Assembly (NCBI GenBank): GCA_963816725.1
Contig: CAWFMC010000009.1
Location: forward strand, 30,073 to 94,072
DNA length: 64,000 nucleotides
Source of the DNA: an uncultured Acidobacteriota bacterium
GTDB lineage: Bacteria; Acidobacteriota; Vicinamibacteria; Vicinamibacterales; 2-12-FULL-66-21
Direction: 5' to 3'
The translations under genes were made by a program, and so were the position numbers. The notes under the pieces were generated by a model. That model was given only the letters and a program-made list of their open reading frames with translations, ran no database searches and was not told the origin of the DNA. Each line of letters opens with the position of its first letter. The first letter of the stretch is position 1. Positions 21,591-29,357 of this stretch are shown piece after piece.

Positions 21591-22796
21591 TCAGGACTGG
21601 AGCTGCTGGCTCTGGTCGTCCCAGCGGACCGGCCGTTTGGCGCGCAGCGAGGCGTTGGCGATGTGCGACGTGCGCGCCGCCTGGTGCGCCACGCGAATGT
21701 TCGCGTTCGGCGTCTTCCGGCTCCGGATGCAGTCGAGCCAGTTCTGCAAGTGCGTCAGCGTCCCGTCGCCGCTGGAGCGCACGAAGATCTCGGGTTCCGG
21801 CGTGTTGGTGCCGGGCGCGTATGCCGCGTCATCCCGGTAGAACGCGAGCCGCGCCCGGTCGATCTTGAGCGTGCCGCGCTCGCCGCGGAACTCGAGCCCG
21901 CCATCATCGACCCGGCTCACGTACGTGCCCTGATACGTGGCCATGAAGTTCTTGGGGAACTCGATGGTCGTGCTGACGGTGTCGGGCGCCTCCCACAGCG
22001 TGATGTTGTAGTTGTGTCCAGTGGTGGCGGCAGACAGCGGCGCGTCCACGTCCATATACCAGTGGACCACATCGATCCAGTGGGTCATCAAGTCGGTCAG
22101 GCAGCCGCCGCCGAAGTCCCAGAAGTGGCGCCATTGATAGAAACGCTCAGGTCGGAACGGCTGGTCCGGCGCCGAACCGAGCCACGTCTTCCAATCGAGC
22201 TTGTCCATAGCGACCGGCGCGTAGTTGCCGGCACGGGCGTGCTGGTACCAATAGGTCTGGACGAAGGTGATCTGTCCGAGCTTGCCGGCGTCGATCAGCT
22301 GTTTGCCGAGCACCCAGTGCTCCCAGCTGCGCTGCTGCGTGCCGGTCTGAACGACCTGTTTCGAGGCCTCGACGGCCTTGACGAGCTCCACGCCCTCCTC
22401 GATCGTGTGCGAGACCGGCTTCTCGACGTAGACGTCCTTGCCGGCCGCGATCGCCTCCAGCGTGATTCTCTTGTGCCAGTGATCCGGTGTGCCGATGACG
22501 ACGGCGTCGATGTCGCGGCTGTCCAGGATGCGGCGATAGTCGGCGAACTTGATCGCGTTGGGGCCGGCGATTTCCGCCCCCTGCAGCAGGTTGGGCTCGT
22601 AGACGTCGCAGACCGCCGTCATCTCGTTGCCCGGGAGCTTCTTGAGCAGTGTCATCAGGCCGCGCGCCCGGCTGCCGGTCCCGATCACCGCGACCCGCAC
22701 CCGATCGTTGGCTCCCTGCGCGGCGAGTCGTGCCGTCCGGGCGCTCAGTGTCAGCCCGGCGGCGGTCGCGACAAACGTTCGGCGGTCGCAGATCAT
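21591..22796 (-). CDS. Gfo/Idh/MocA family oxidoreductase with Tat-type signal
   Basis: GGAGG lies 7 nt upstream of ATG 22796. MICDRRTFVATAAGLTLSARTARLAAQ, Rossmann VRVAVIGTGSRARG, EKPV motif (DVYVEKPVSHT). Confidence 0.85.
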   Translation of the reverse strand: MICDRRTFVATAAGLTLSARTARLAAQGANDRVRVAVIGTGSRARGLMTLLKKLPGNEMTAVCDVYEPNLLQGAEIAGPNAIKFADYRRILDSRDIDAVVIGTPDHWHKRITLEAIAAGKDVYVEKPVSHTIEEGVELVKAVEASKQVVQTGTQQRSWEHWVLGKQLIDAGKLGQITFVQTYWYQHARAGNYAPVAMDKLDWKTWLGSAPDQPFRPERFYQWRHFWDFGGGCLTDLMTHWIDVVHWYMDVDAPLSAATTGHNYNITLWEAPDTVSTTIEFPKNFMATYQGTYVSRVDDGGLEFRGERGTLKIDRARLAFYRDDAAYAPGTNTPEPEIFVRSSGDGTLTHLQNWLDCIRSRKTPNANIRVAHQAARTSHIANASLRAKRPVRWDDQSQQLQS

Positions 22797-23068
22797 ATCG
22801 TGTCCTCCGTGACGGGCATCATAGCGTGGCTGACGTGCGATTGCGCGGCCCGTCGTACGCCGCCCGCCTCGCTGCGACGGGCCGTCAGGCCGCTGTTCCA
22901 TGCGATCGAGTGGCGATCGCCGTCCCGGATTTTCCCCTCGGCACGAGAGAAATGCAGCGGTCTTCGGAGCGACCGCGATCATCCGGGCCGCCCTGGCGCC
23001 CGCCGACTGGCCTCCTCCGTCAGTTACAACAACTCCTGCGCGATCGCGACCCCAGGTGCGATTGCGTG

Positions 23069-23083
23069 CGGCCCATGTCCTGC
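23069..23083 (+). promoter_or_regulatory. candidate sigma-54 -24/-12 promoter (degenerate)
   Basis: CGGCCC-atgtc-CTGC with correct GG-N10-GC spacing, 31 nt upstream of ATG 23114. AGGAG lies in the predicted leader. Confidence 0.3.
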
Positions 23084-23113
23084 ATCGCCGCTGAGACAGA
23101 AGGAGCAAACGCG

Positions 23114-23605
23114 ATGCAGAACTACCCTCATCACTACGCGGTGTTGGCACGAGGCGAGGCAATGGGGGACATCTCGCTCGAAGGCTATCACCTTCCGAAC
23201 CTGCAGACGGCGGCTCCGCCTGAGTTCGATGGACCAGGAGACCGCTGGTCGCCGGAGACGTTGCTGGTGGCAGCTGTCGCAGACTGCTTCGTGCTGACGT
23301 TCCGGGGCGTGGCGCGCGCGATGAACGTCCCGTGGGTCTCGCTCGAGTGTGACGTGGTCGGCACCCTGGAACGCCCGGAGCGGGTCACGCAGTTCACGCG
23401 GTTCGATCTCACCGCCCGGCTACGGCTACCGGCAGGAACCGACCCGGAGCGCGCGCGTCAGACCCTCGACAAGGCGGAGCGTGGATGCCTGATCGCGAAT
23501 TCGCTCAAAGGGGTGAGTCACCTCGAGGTTCGGCTCGAGATTGACGCCGATGTGCCCGCGGAGATCGCCATGGATCCGCAACTCACCACGGCGGGAGGGT
23601 CATGA
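23114..23605 (+). CDS. OsmC/Ohr family protein
   Basis: Typical OsmC core: GDRWSPETLLVAAVADCFVLTF, ERGCLIANSLK. Confidence 0.85.
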   Translation: MQNYPHHYAVLARGEAMGDISLEGYHLPNLQTAAPPEFDGPGDRWSPETLLVAAVADCFVLTFRGVARAMNVPWVSLECDVVGTLERPERVTQFTRFDLTARLRLPAGTDPERARQTLDKAERGCLIANSLKGVSHLEVRLEIDADVPAEIAMDPQLTTAGGS

Positions 23606-23768
23606 ACAGGAACTGCATCGCACGTGCCTTCCAGCGCGCCCGGCTCGACGCCGCGTCCTCTTCGGCGGTTTCCTGAGACAGCGGGTGATTTTGGCGGCTC
23701 GCACGGATAATTCCGTGCACTGGAGGTGCGGTGACGTCGCTCGCCAGCATCTTCTCTCTGCCGATACA

Positions 23769-23783
23769 CGGCACGAGGGTTGC
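23769..23783 (+). promoter_or_regulatory. candidate sigma-54 -24/-12 promoter
   Basis: CGGCAC-gaggg-TTGC, 58 nt upstream of ATG 23841. Confidence 0.6.
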
Positions 23784-23840
23784 CGATTGGTTAGCCGGCG
23801 GCGCCGTCCGGGGGCTGTCGTGCGGCGAAGGGAGGGCGTG

Positions 23841-24286
23841 ATGCGGGTCACCGACGTGATGAGTACCGACGTCCGCACGGTCGAGGGCGGCGAATTGATC
23901 CCGCGCGCGCGGGCCATGATGGCGGACGCGCGAGTTCATCACCTGGTGGTTCTCCATGATGGACACGTGGTCGGGCTCGTATCTGCCGACCAGCTCGAAC
24001 TTGGCCAGGCCGAAGGTGTCCGTCGCGTGGAAGACGTGATGTGCCGGCACCTGCGATGTGCGATGCCGGATACGACGCTGCCGGAAGCGGTCACGCTCCT
24101 GCGCGGGCAGCGCTCGCGTGCGCTCCCGATCGTGAACGCGACCGCGTCGTCGGAATCGTGACCGCCTCGGATCTGCTCGACGTGATCGCGCGTGGCGGTG
24201 ATTCGGCCGCGGCCTCTAAGCGCGGCCAGGCTGGACGGGCAAGAGGGCACACCGCGCCGGTCGTCGAGTGGCGTCCGCAGCGTTAG
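23841..24286 (+). pseudogene. CBS-pair domain protein interrupted by a 1-nt deletion near 24035-24037
   Basis: GGAGGG precedes ATG 23841. The first CBS domain (MRVTDVMSTDVRTVEGGELI, HHLVVLHDGHVVGLVSADQL) is in frame 0. The end of the second CBS domain (RDRVVGIVTASDLLDVIARG) continues in track ORF 24041..24286 (frame -1). Confidence 0.7.
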
Positions 24287-24571
24287 TGTCCCGACCCCGT
24301 GATTCGCGGCATAACTTGCGGGCATGCCGGCTGGCAGCGTCGCTCGTCACCTGCAAATTCCCGATTTGCGCGCTCCTCGCACCTCGCCAGCCGGCGAGCG
24401 ACGTCAGCACGGCTAGGAGCCGCGCGCAGCAGCGCCGGCACTCTGAAAGGTTCGTCAACGCTTGAAACGTCGGGCTCCTCCGTCCGAGCCCAGCACGTGA
24501 CGGCGGGCGACGACTGTCCGCTCACACCAGCACACCACGCGACGCCAGCCGCCGCATGCTATCCAACGCCG

Positions 24572-24919
24572 CTACACGGCGGCTGCGAGACGGCTGAAGC
24601 GACCGTCAGGGCCCTGGCGGATATGGCCAGTACTCGCCAGGTCCTTGAGAACCCGAGCGCAGATGTCCGCGCGCAAGCCGAAGAGGCGGGCGGCCTCGGC
24701 GCATGTCACCCGCATACACGGCATCTCGCTGAACTCGCCTCGAACGCGGCCCAGAAGCCGGACTCGGCTCTCATCGTCCCGAGGGTCCGGCTGCTTCAGG
24801 AGACGGAGAGCCGGCCGTGCCGACACGAAGGGGCGCACCCGTTCCGATGCCCGCGATCGGCTCCACTGGGCAGCGCCGGCGCGGTCGGCGGTCGAGGTGG
24901 TCGTCGCACTGGTCATCAT
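24572..24919 (-). CDS. small Cys-containing protein of unknown family, paralog B
   Basis: 115-aa ORF ending RVRLLGRVRGEFSEMPCMRVTCAEAARLFGLRADICARVLKDLASTGHIRQGPDGRFSRLAAAV. Shares the PCxRxT and LRADICARVL blocks with paralog A. Confidence 0.55.
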   Translation of the reverse strand: MMTSATTTSTADRAGAAQWSRSRASERVRPFVSARPALRLLKQPDPRDDESRVRLLGRVRGEFSEMPCMRVTCAEAARLFGLRADICARVLKDLASTGHIRQGPDGRFSRLAAAV

Positions 24920-24961
24920 CGGCGGGCCCTCTCAGAAGAAGCGGTGTGTGACCAAGTGCGA

Positions 24962-24976
24962 GCAACGGACATGCCG
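24962..24976 (-). promoter_or_regulatory. candidate sigma-54 -24/-12 promoter
   Basis: The minus strand reads CGGCAT-gtccg-TTGC, 43 nt upstream of ATG 24919. Confidence 0.6.
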
Positions 24977-25127
24977 AGACCCACGACGGGCGTCGGGCGC
25001 AGTCATCACGCCTCGACGCCGTGCCGATGCCGCTTGGTCCGCCCTAAGCACGAGCCCATCCGGTCGCCGGCCAGTGCGAAGGAATTCCCAGCGACGCGGA
25101 ATTGTCCGCGGCCTGCACGCCAGCCCT

Positions 25128-25625
25128 TCAGGCGTGTGCGACACGAGCGAGCGCATCGGCTCGGGCGAACTCGCGCTCGGGGTGTTTCACCGTCAGGACC
25201 GGGCAGCGGGCGAAACGGACCACCCGCTCCGCAACGCTCCCCAGCACGAGATGCAGCACCGCACCACGGCCGTGCGTGCCCATGACGATCAGGTCGATGT
25301 CGTTCTCCTTCGCGTAGTCGACAATCGCCAGAGCGGGCGAGGCGGCCGTCCGAACGCCTGTAATCGTTTCCGGCTCGCCGGGGCCATTCGCGCCGACGAT
25401 CTCTTCGAGGCGGCGGCGCGCCGCATCGTCGATTTCCTGCTGGATCGCGGGCGCGCTCGCCAGAGAGTTCTCTGCTCCGGACATGGCGACGTAGACGTCC
25501 TGCGCGACATGCAGCACGTGCAGCCGCGCACCGAATCGCATCGCCAGTTCGCGGCCGTAGAGCAGTGCCGCCTCCGATGGCTCACTGAAATCGGTCGCGA
25601 CCAGGATCTGCTCGAGAGTCATCAT
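25128..25625 (-). CDS. universal stress protein (UspA family)
   Basis: GGGAGG lies upstream of ATG 25625. MMTLEQILVATDFSEPSEAALLYG, IVMGTHGRGAVLHLVLGSVAERVVRFARCPVLTV. Confidence 0.85.
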   Translation of the reverse strand: MMTLEQILVATDFSEPSEAALLYGRELAMRFGARLHVLHVAQDVYVAMSGAENSLASAPAIQQEIDDAARRRLEEIVGANGPGEPETITGVRTAASPALAIVDYAKENDIDLIVMGTHGRGAVLHLVLGSVAERVVRFARCPVLTVKHPEREFARADALARVAHA

Positions 25626-25674
25626 CGAAGCCTCCCTAGAACCGGCGATCGTTGCGGCTCCGTCGAATCCATGC

Positions 25675-25689
25675 GCAACAGTTGTACCC
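25675..25689 (-). promoter_or_regulatory. candidate sigma-54 -24/-12 promoter
   Basis: The minus strand reads GGGTAC-aactg-TTGC, 50 nt upstream of ATG 25625. Confidence 0.5.
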
Positions 25690-25828
25690 GGCGCCGCCGG
25701 GCGGATCGGGCGAAGACGCTGCCCCTGGTGGCCGTCAATACCGCACGAGCCTGTCGGGAACGGACCGCGCGCCGTGACCGGCTCCCTTGGAGGTGTCACC
25801 GCCCGCGGATCTTGGAGGAGCGTCGGCG

Positions 25829-25843
25829 TGGAACGCGCATTGC
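25829..25843 (+). promoter_or_regulatory. candidate sigma-54 -24/-12 promoter
   Basis: TGGAAC-gcgca-TTGC, 68 nt upstream of ATG 25911. Confidence 0.5.
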
Positions 25844-25910
25844 GATGTGGGTGTGGACGCGCAGAGCAGCCGATTCACGAGAGTGGACGTTCCTCAGAGA
25901 GGGGAGGGCC

Positions 25911-26378
25911 ATGATCAGCGTCAATCGTCTTCTGGTGGCGATGGACTTCACCGAGGCGGCGTTCGCAGCCCTCGAACAGGGGCGGCAGCTGGCCGAGGCC
26001 TTTGACGCCACGCTTCACGTCCTTTCCATCGTGACCGAGCCGGTCGAAGAGCCGTGGGGTGGTTACACCCCGGCTCGGGAGTTCTTCGCGACTGTCGAGC
26101 GGATGGAGGCGGCGCGGCACACCCGACTCGCAGCCCTGTTCTCCGAGGGTGATGTGTCCGCAGGCCGCGTCGTTCTGGCCACGCACTGGGGCGAGGCCAG
26201 CGAGGCGATTATCGAGTACGCGCTCGCGCACCAGATCGACCTGATTGTCTGCGGCACGCACGGGCGAACCGGGTTCAGCCGCTTTGCCATGGACAGTGTG
26301 GCCGAGCGGATCGTACGGCGCGCCGGCTGTCCCGTCCTGACGGTGCACGCCGACCACGAGGGGGTGTCCGCCGCATGA
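25911..26378 (+). CDS. universal stress protein (UspA family)
   Basis: GGGGAGGG precedes ATG 25911. MISVNRLLVAMDFTEAAFAAL, IVCGTHGRTGFSRFAMDSVAERIVRRAGCPVLTV. The 5' 1.2 kb of track ORF 24645..26378 is an artefact. Confidence 0.85.
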   Translation: MISVNRLLVAMDFTEAAFAALEQGRQLAEAFDATLHVLSIVTEPVEEPWGGYTPAREFFATVERMEAARHTRLAALFSEGDVSAGRVVLATHWGEASEAIIEYALAHQIDLIVCGTHGRTGFSRFAMDSVAERIVRRAGCPVLTVHADHEGVSAA

Positions 26379-26612
26379 TCGCGCAGCGACGGCCCGCAGG
26401 CCACGCCAGCGGATGGCGAGCTTGCGATTCGTGCAGAACAGAACCGCCGGCGGCGCGCGCGGACTCTGTCGCGGCCGCGACAGCGGAAAGTCGCGGCAGT
26501 CGCGGCCGACGTGCCAGGCAGGCGTAGCGCCCGCAGAACGAACGTCACCGGCCAGCGTCCCGATGGGCGCTGGGGAGCGGTGTGGCGGCGCTGGTTTTTA
26601 CAGGAGGCCGCA

Positions 26613-27104
26613 ATGCCAACGACTATCCGGAAGATCCTCGTTCCGATCGACTTCTCGACGCCGTCCGACGAGGCCTTGAACTACGCCGCGGACCTGGCGA
26701 CGACCTTGGGTGCGTCCGTCGTCGTGGTGCATGTGATTCACGAGCCATTCATCGCGGGTGGGGAGTGGGACCTCTACGTCCGCGACGCGTCAGAGATGCG
26801 CGAGCAACTCTTCTCAGATGTGCGCTCGAGACTTTCCGCGATCGTTGCGGCCTTCGAACGCCGTGGGCTCCGCGTCACCACCGACATCCGCTTCGGGCCG
26901 CCGCGTGAGGGCATCGTCAACGCCGCCACGGCCGCCGAGGCTGACCTCATTGTGATGAGCACTCACGGGCACAGCGGGCTGCACCATCTCCTGCTCGGCA
27001 GCGTCGTGGAGCACGTGATCCGTGCGGCGCATTGCCCGGTGCTGGCAGTCCGCGATCCGGCGCGGCCGCGGCCTGCCGCGCCCGGGAAGACGACGGCTGC
27101 GTGA
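26613..27104 (+). CDS. universal stress protein (UspA family)
   Basis: AGGAGG precedes ATG 26613. MPTTIRKILVPIDFSTPSDEAL, IVMSTHGHSGLHHLLLGSVVEHVIRAAHCPVLAV. Confidence 0.85.
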   Translation: MPTTIRKILVPIDFSTPSDEALNYAADLATTLGASVVVVHVIHEPFIAGGEWDLYVRDASEMREQLFSDVRSRLSAIVAAFERRGLRVTTDIRFGPPREGIVNAATAAEADLIVMSTHGHSGLHHLLLGSVVEHVIRAAHCPVLAVRDPARPRPAAPGKTTAA

Positions 27105-27634
27105 CCGAGCGCCCGAGACGGTATCCCTGGGCGCCGGCGCGAAGACCGCGCCGCTGCCGCGAGCAGCGCAACCCGTCGTGCCGGGCACGACTTCCGCTCA
27201 GGCAACTCGGCCTCTGGACACACGTTGTTCTGTGGTCGCCGCTCATCTTCCCGTTCTGCTTCGCGTTCGTGCCGCGGATCGCGACCGCAGGGGTCTCGAT
27301 CCTGATCGCGTCCTTCGTCTTGGGAATCGTCATTGGCGTTGCGGAGGAGGTCCTGTGGCGCGGCCTGTATCTGCGAGTCTTCCCCGACAACGTCTGGGCC
27401 GGTGCGGTCTATCCGTCGATCGCCTTTGGGATCTGGCACCTTTGCCCGTTATCGGTGCTGCCAAGTCGGTATCCTGGTGGACCGCTGCCGTTCCTGGCGT
27501 ATTCCGTGATCCTCGGGTTCTGCTACGCGATCGTGGCCAGGACGAGTGGGTCCATCCGGTGGTGCGCCGTTGCTCATGCGATCCACGACTCGCTCGGTCT
27601 GGGCGCCTTCGCCTATGCTGCCTGGTTCAAGTGA
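27101..27634 (+). CDS. CPBP (CAAX/Abi) family intramembrane glutamic protease, short form
   Basis: Motifs EEVLWRG, FGIWH and VAHAIHD. The GTG 27101 start would overlap the USP stop (GTGA), but the start is uncertain. Confidence 0.65.
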   Translation: MTERPRRYPWAPARRPRRCREQRNPSCRARLPLRQLGLWTHVVLWSPLIFPFCFAFVPRIATAGVSILIASFVLGIVIGVAEEVLWRGLYLRVFPDNVWAGAVYPSIAFGIWHLCPLSVLPSRYPGGPLPFLAYSVILGFCYAIVARTSGSIRWCAVAHAIHDSLGLGAFAYAAWFK

Positions 27635-27855
27635 CGCGTGTCCGTCGTTCCATGATCCTGTCAGAGATCAGCACCGTCCCCACGCGGCTTGCCCGAGGTC
27701 GTCGCTCACAAACAAAGCGACGCCTGGAGTCTGATAGTCGTTCGCCGCATCCTCACGGACGACGGAGCCCGACTGTGCCGATCTCGGCTGTGGTACGGTG
27801 CGGCGCGCGACGATGTATCTTCTGTCACGCACGTCAATCAACAAAGGAGACTCCG

Positions 27856-28227
27856 ATGAATTCGCGCCTGCTCGGAATCGCTCTGTTCCTGCTGTTCGGC
27901 GTGGCTCGCGTGTTCGCGGCTGACATCAGCGGCACATGGAAGGCGTCGTTCGAGACCCAGATCGGTCAGCAGAACTACACCTATCAGTTCGTCGTAAAGG
28001 GCACGACCCTGACGGGCAAGATTCAATCTGAATCGGGCGGGACCAGCGACGTCCTCCAGGGCAAGGTCGACGGGGACAAGGTGTCGTTCGTGGAGGTGTT
28101 CAAGTACGACGGCAACGAGATCCAGATCACCTACACCGGACAGGTCACGTCGGACGACGAGATCAAGTTCACGCGGCAAGTGGCGGAATTCGCGACCGAG
28201 GAGCTGGTGGCGAAGCGAGTGAAGTAG
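27856..28227 (+). CDS. small secreted hypothetical protein
   Basis: AAGGAG precedes ATG 27856. Signal peptide MNSRLLGIALFLLFGVARVFA. 123 aa. The upstream part of track ORF 27022..28227 is an artefact. Confidence 0.7.
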   Translation: MNSRLLGIALFLLFGVARVFAADISGTWKASFETQIGQQNYTYQFVVKGTTLTGKIQSESGGTSDVLQGKVDGDKVSFVEVFKYDGNEIQITYTGQVTSDDEIKFTRQVAEFATEELVAKRVK

Positions 28228-28268
28228 TGGCAGTGGCGCGGGCGCGCCGCAGACATGGAGTTCTGTCA

Positions 28269-29153
28269 ATGAACAGTGCGTTGCTGCGAGGAGCGATCCA
28301 CGGTGCGCTCGGTTTTGCCGCCGCGCTAACGATCGAGCAGGGCGCCGGCGTTCTCAGCGCCGGGCCACGGCTCCAGGCCGCTGCCGGCCAGAGCTCGCCG
28401 CCCGTCGCGGCGCCCCAACAGGGGCGCGGGCGCGGCATGCAGTTCAGCGAGCCGAGTCCGTACGATTTCAATGATCACGAGGGCTACGTCTCGATCTTCG
28501 ACGGCCGCACGCTCGACGGCTGGGACGGCAATCCGAAATTCTGGCGGGTCGAGGACGGCGCCATCGTCGGCGAGTCCACACCGGAGCGGCCGAGTGGGAA
28601 CAGCTATATCGCCTATCGCCGCATGGAGGCAAAGGACTTCACGCTGAAGTTCGAGATCAAGGTGGAGGGGAGCGGCGGCAGCGGATTGCAGTATCGCAGC
28701 CGGACAGGTCTGCCGTGGTTGGCCACCGTATCGCCGGCCGTCACCGCGTTCAACGGCCCGGTCAATCTGGACTGGATGATGACGGGGCCGCAGGCCGACT
28801 TTTGGCCGAGCCGGGTCTACACGGGCCAGTTCTACTCGGAGAACACGCCGATGCGCATTCTCGCGTGGCGCGGCCAGGTGGTTGAAGGGTTCGGCGAGCG
28901 CAGCAAACGGCTGATGGGCACCATTGGCGACCGCCAGCAACTCGGCGCGATCGTCAAGCAGGACGACTGGAACCAATATGTCGTCATCGCGCGCGGCGGC
29001 ACCTTCCTGCACATCGTCAATGGACAGTTGATGGCCGTGATGATCGACGACGACCCCGCGTCCTCGAACAATCAGTCAGGTCAATTCGGAATCGAGATCG
29101 AGGCAACCACCAAGGTGTCGGTGCGCAACCTCTGGGTCAAGAAACTGAGCTGA
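28269..29153 (+). CDS. DUF1080 (3-keto-disaccharide hydrolase-like) domain protein, secreted
   Basis: GYVSIFDGRTLDGWDGNPKFWRVEDGAIVGES, FTLKFEIKVEGSGGSGLQYRS, VSVRNLWVKKL. Confidence 0.8.
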   Translation: MNSALLRGAIHGALGFAAALTIEQGAGVLSAGPRLQAAAGQSSPPVAAPQQGRGRGMQFSEPSPYDFNDHEGYVSIFDGRTLDGWDGNPKFWRVEDGAIVGESTPERPSGNSYIAYRRMEAKDFTLKFEIKVEGSGGSGLQYRSRTGLPWLATVSPAVTAFNGPVNLDWMMTGPQADFWPSRVYTGQFYSENTPMRILAWRGQVVEGFGERSKRLMGTIGDRQQLGAIVKQDDWNQYVVIARGGTFLHIVNGQLMAVMIDDDPASSNNQSGQFGIEIEATTKVSVRNLWVKKLS

Positions 29154-29306
29154 CGCCTTGGTCAGGAGTGAGCCCCCCCGACACATGCAAACGTGTGGAC
29201 GCACTCTCTCGAGGTTTTAGAGCTGTGTCGCGTCGGGAGTTGATCAACTCACACTGCAGTTGCCGCTGCTAATGGTGGTGCAGCACAGGCCGATCGGGCG
29301 ACCTGC

Positions 29307-29334
29307 TTGTCCCTGGGCCGCAGGCGCGTACAAT
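29307..29334 (+). promoter_or_regulatory. candidate sigma-70 promoter
   Basis: TTGTCC-N16-TACAAT. The -10 box ends 23 nt before ATG 29358. Confidence 0.45.
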
Positions 29335-29357
29335 CTGCGAGGCTACCAACTCCACAG

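Noticed and set aside
22939-22956. CGGCAC-gagagaaa-TGCA upstream of the OsmC gene.
   Set aside because: The GG to GC spacing is 12 rather than 10, and the site lies about 160 nt from the start. The site at 23069 fits better.
29214-29227. GTTTTAGAGCTGTG, resembling the 5' end of type II-A CRISPR repeats.
   Set aside because: It is a single copy with no spaced repeats, and no cas genes are present in the window. A chance 11-14 nt match.
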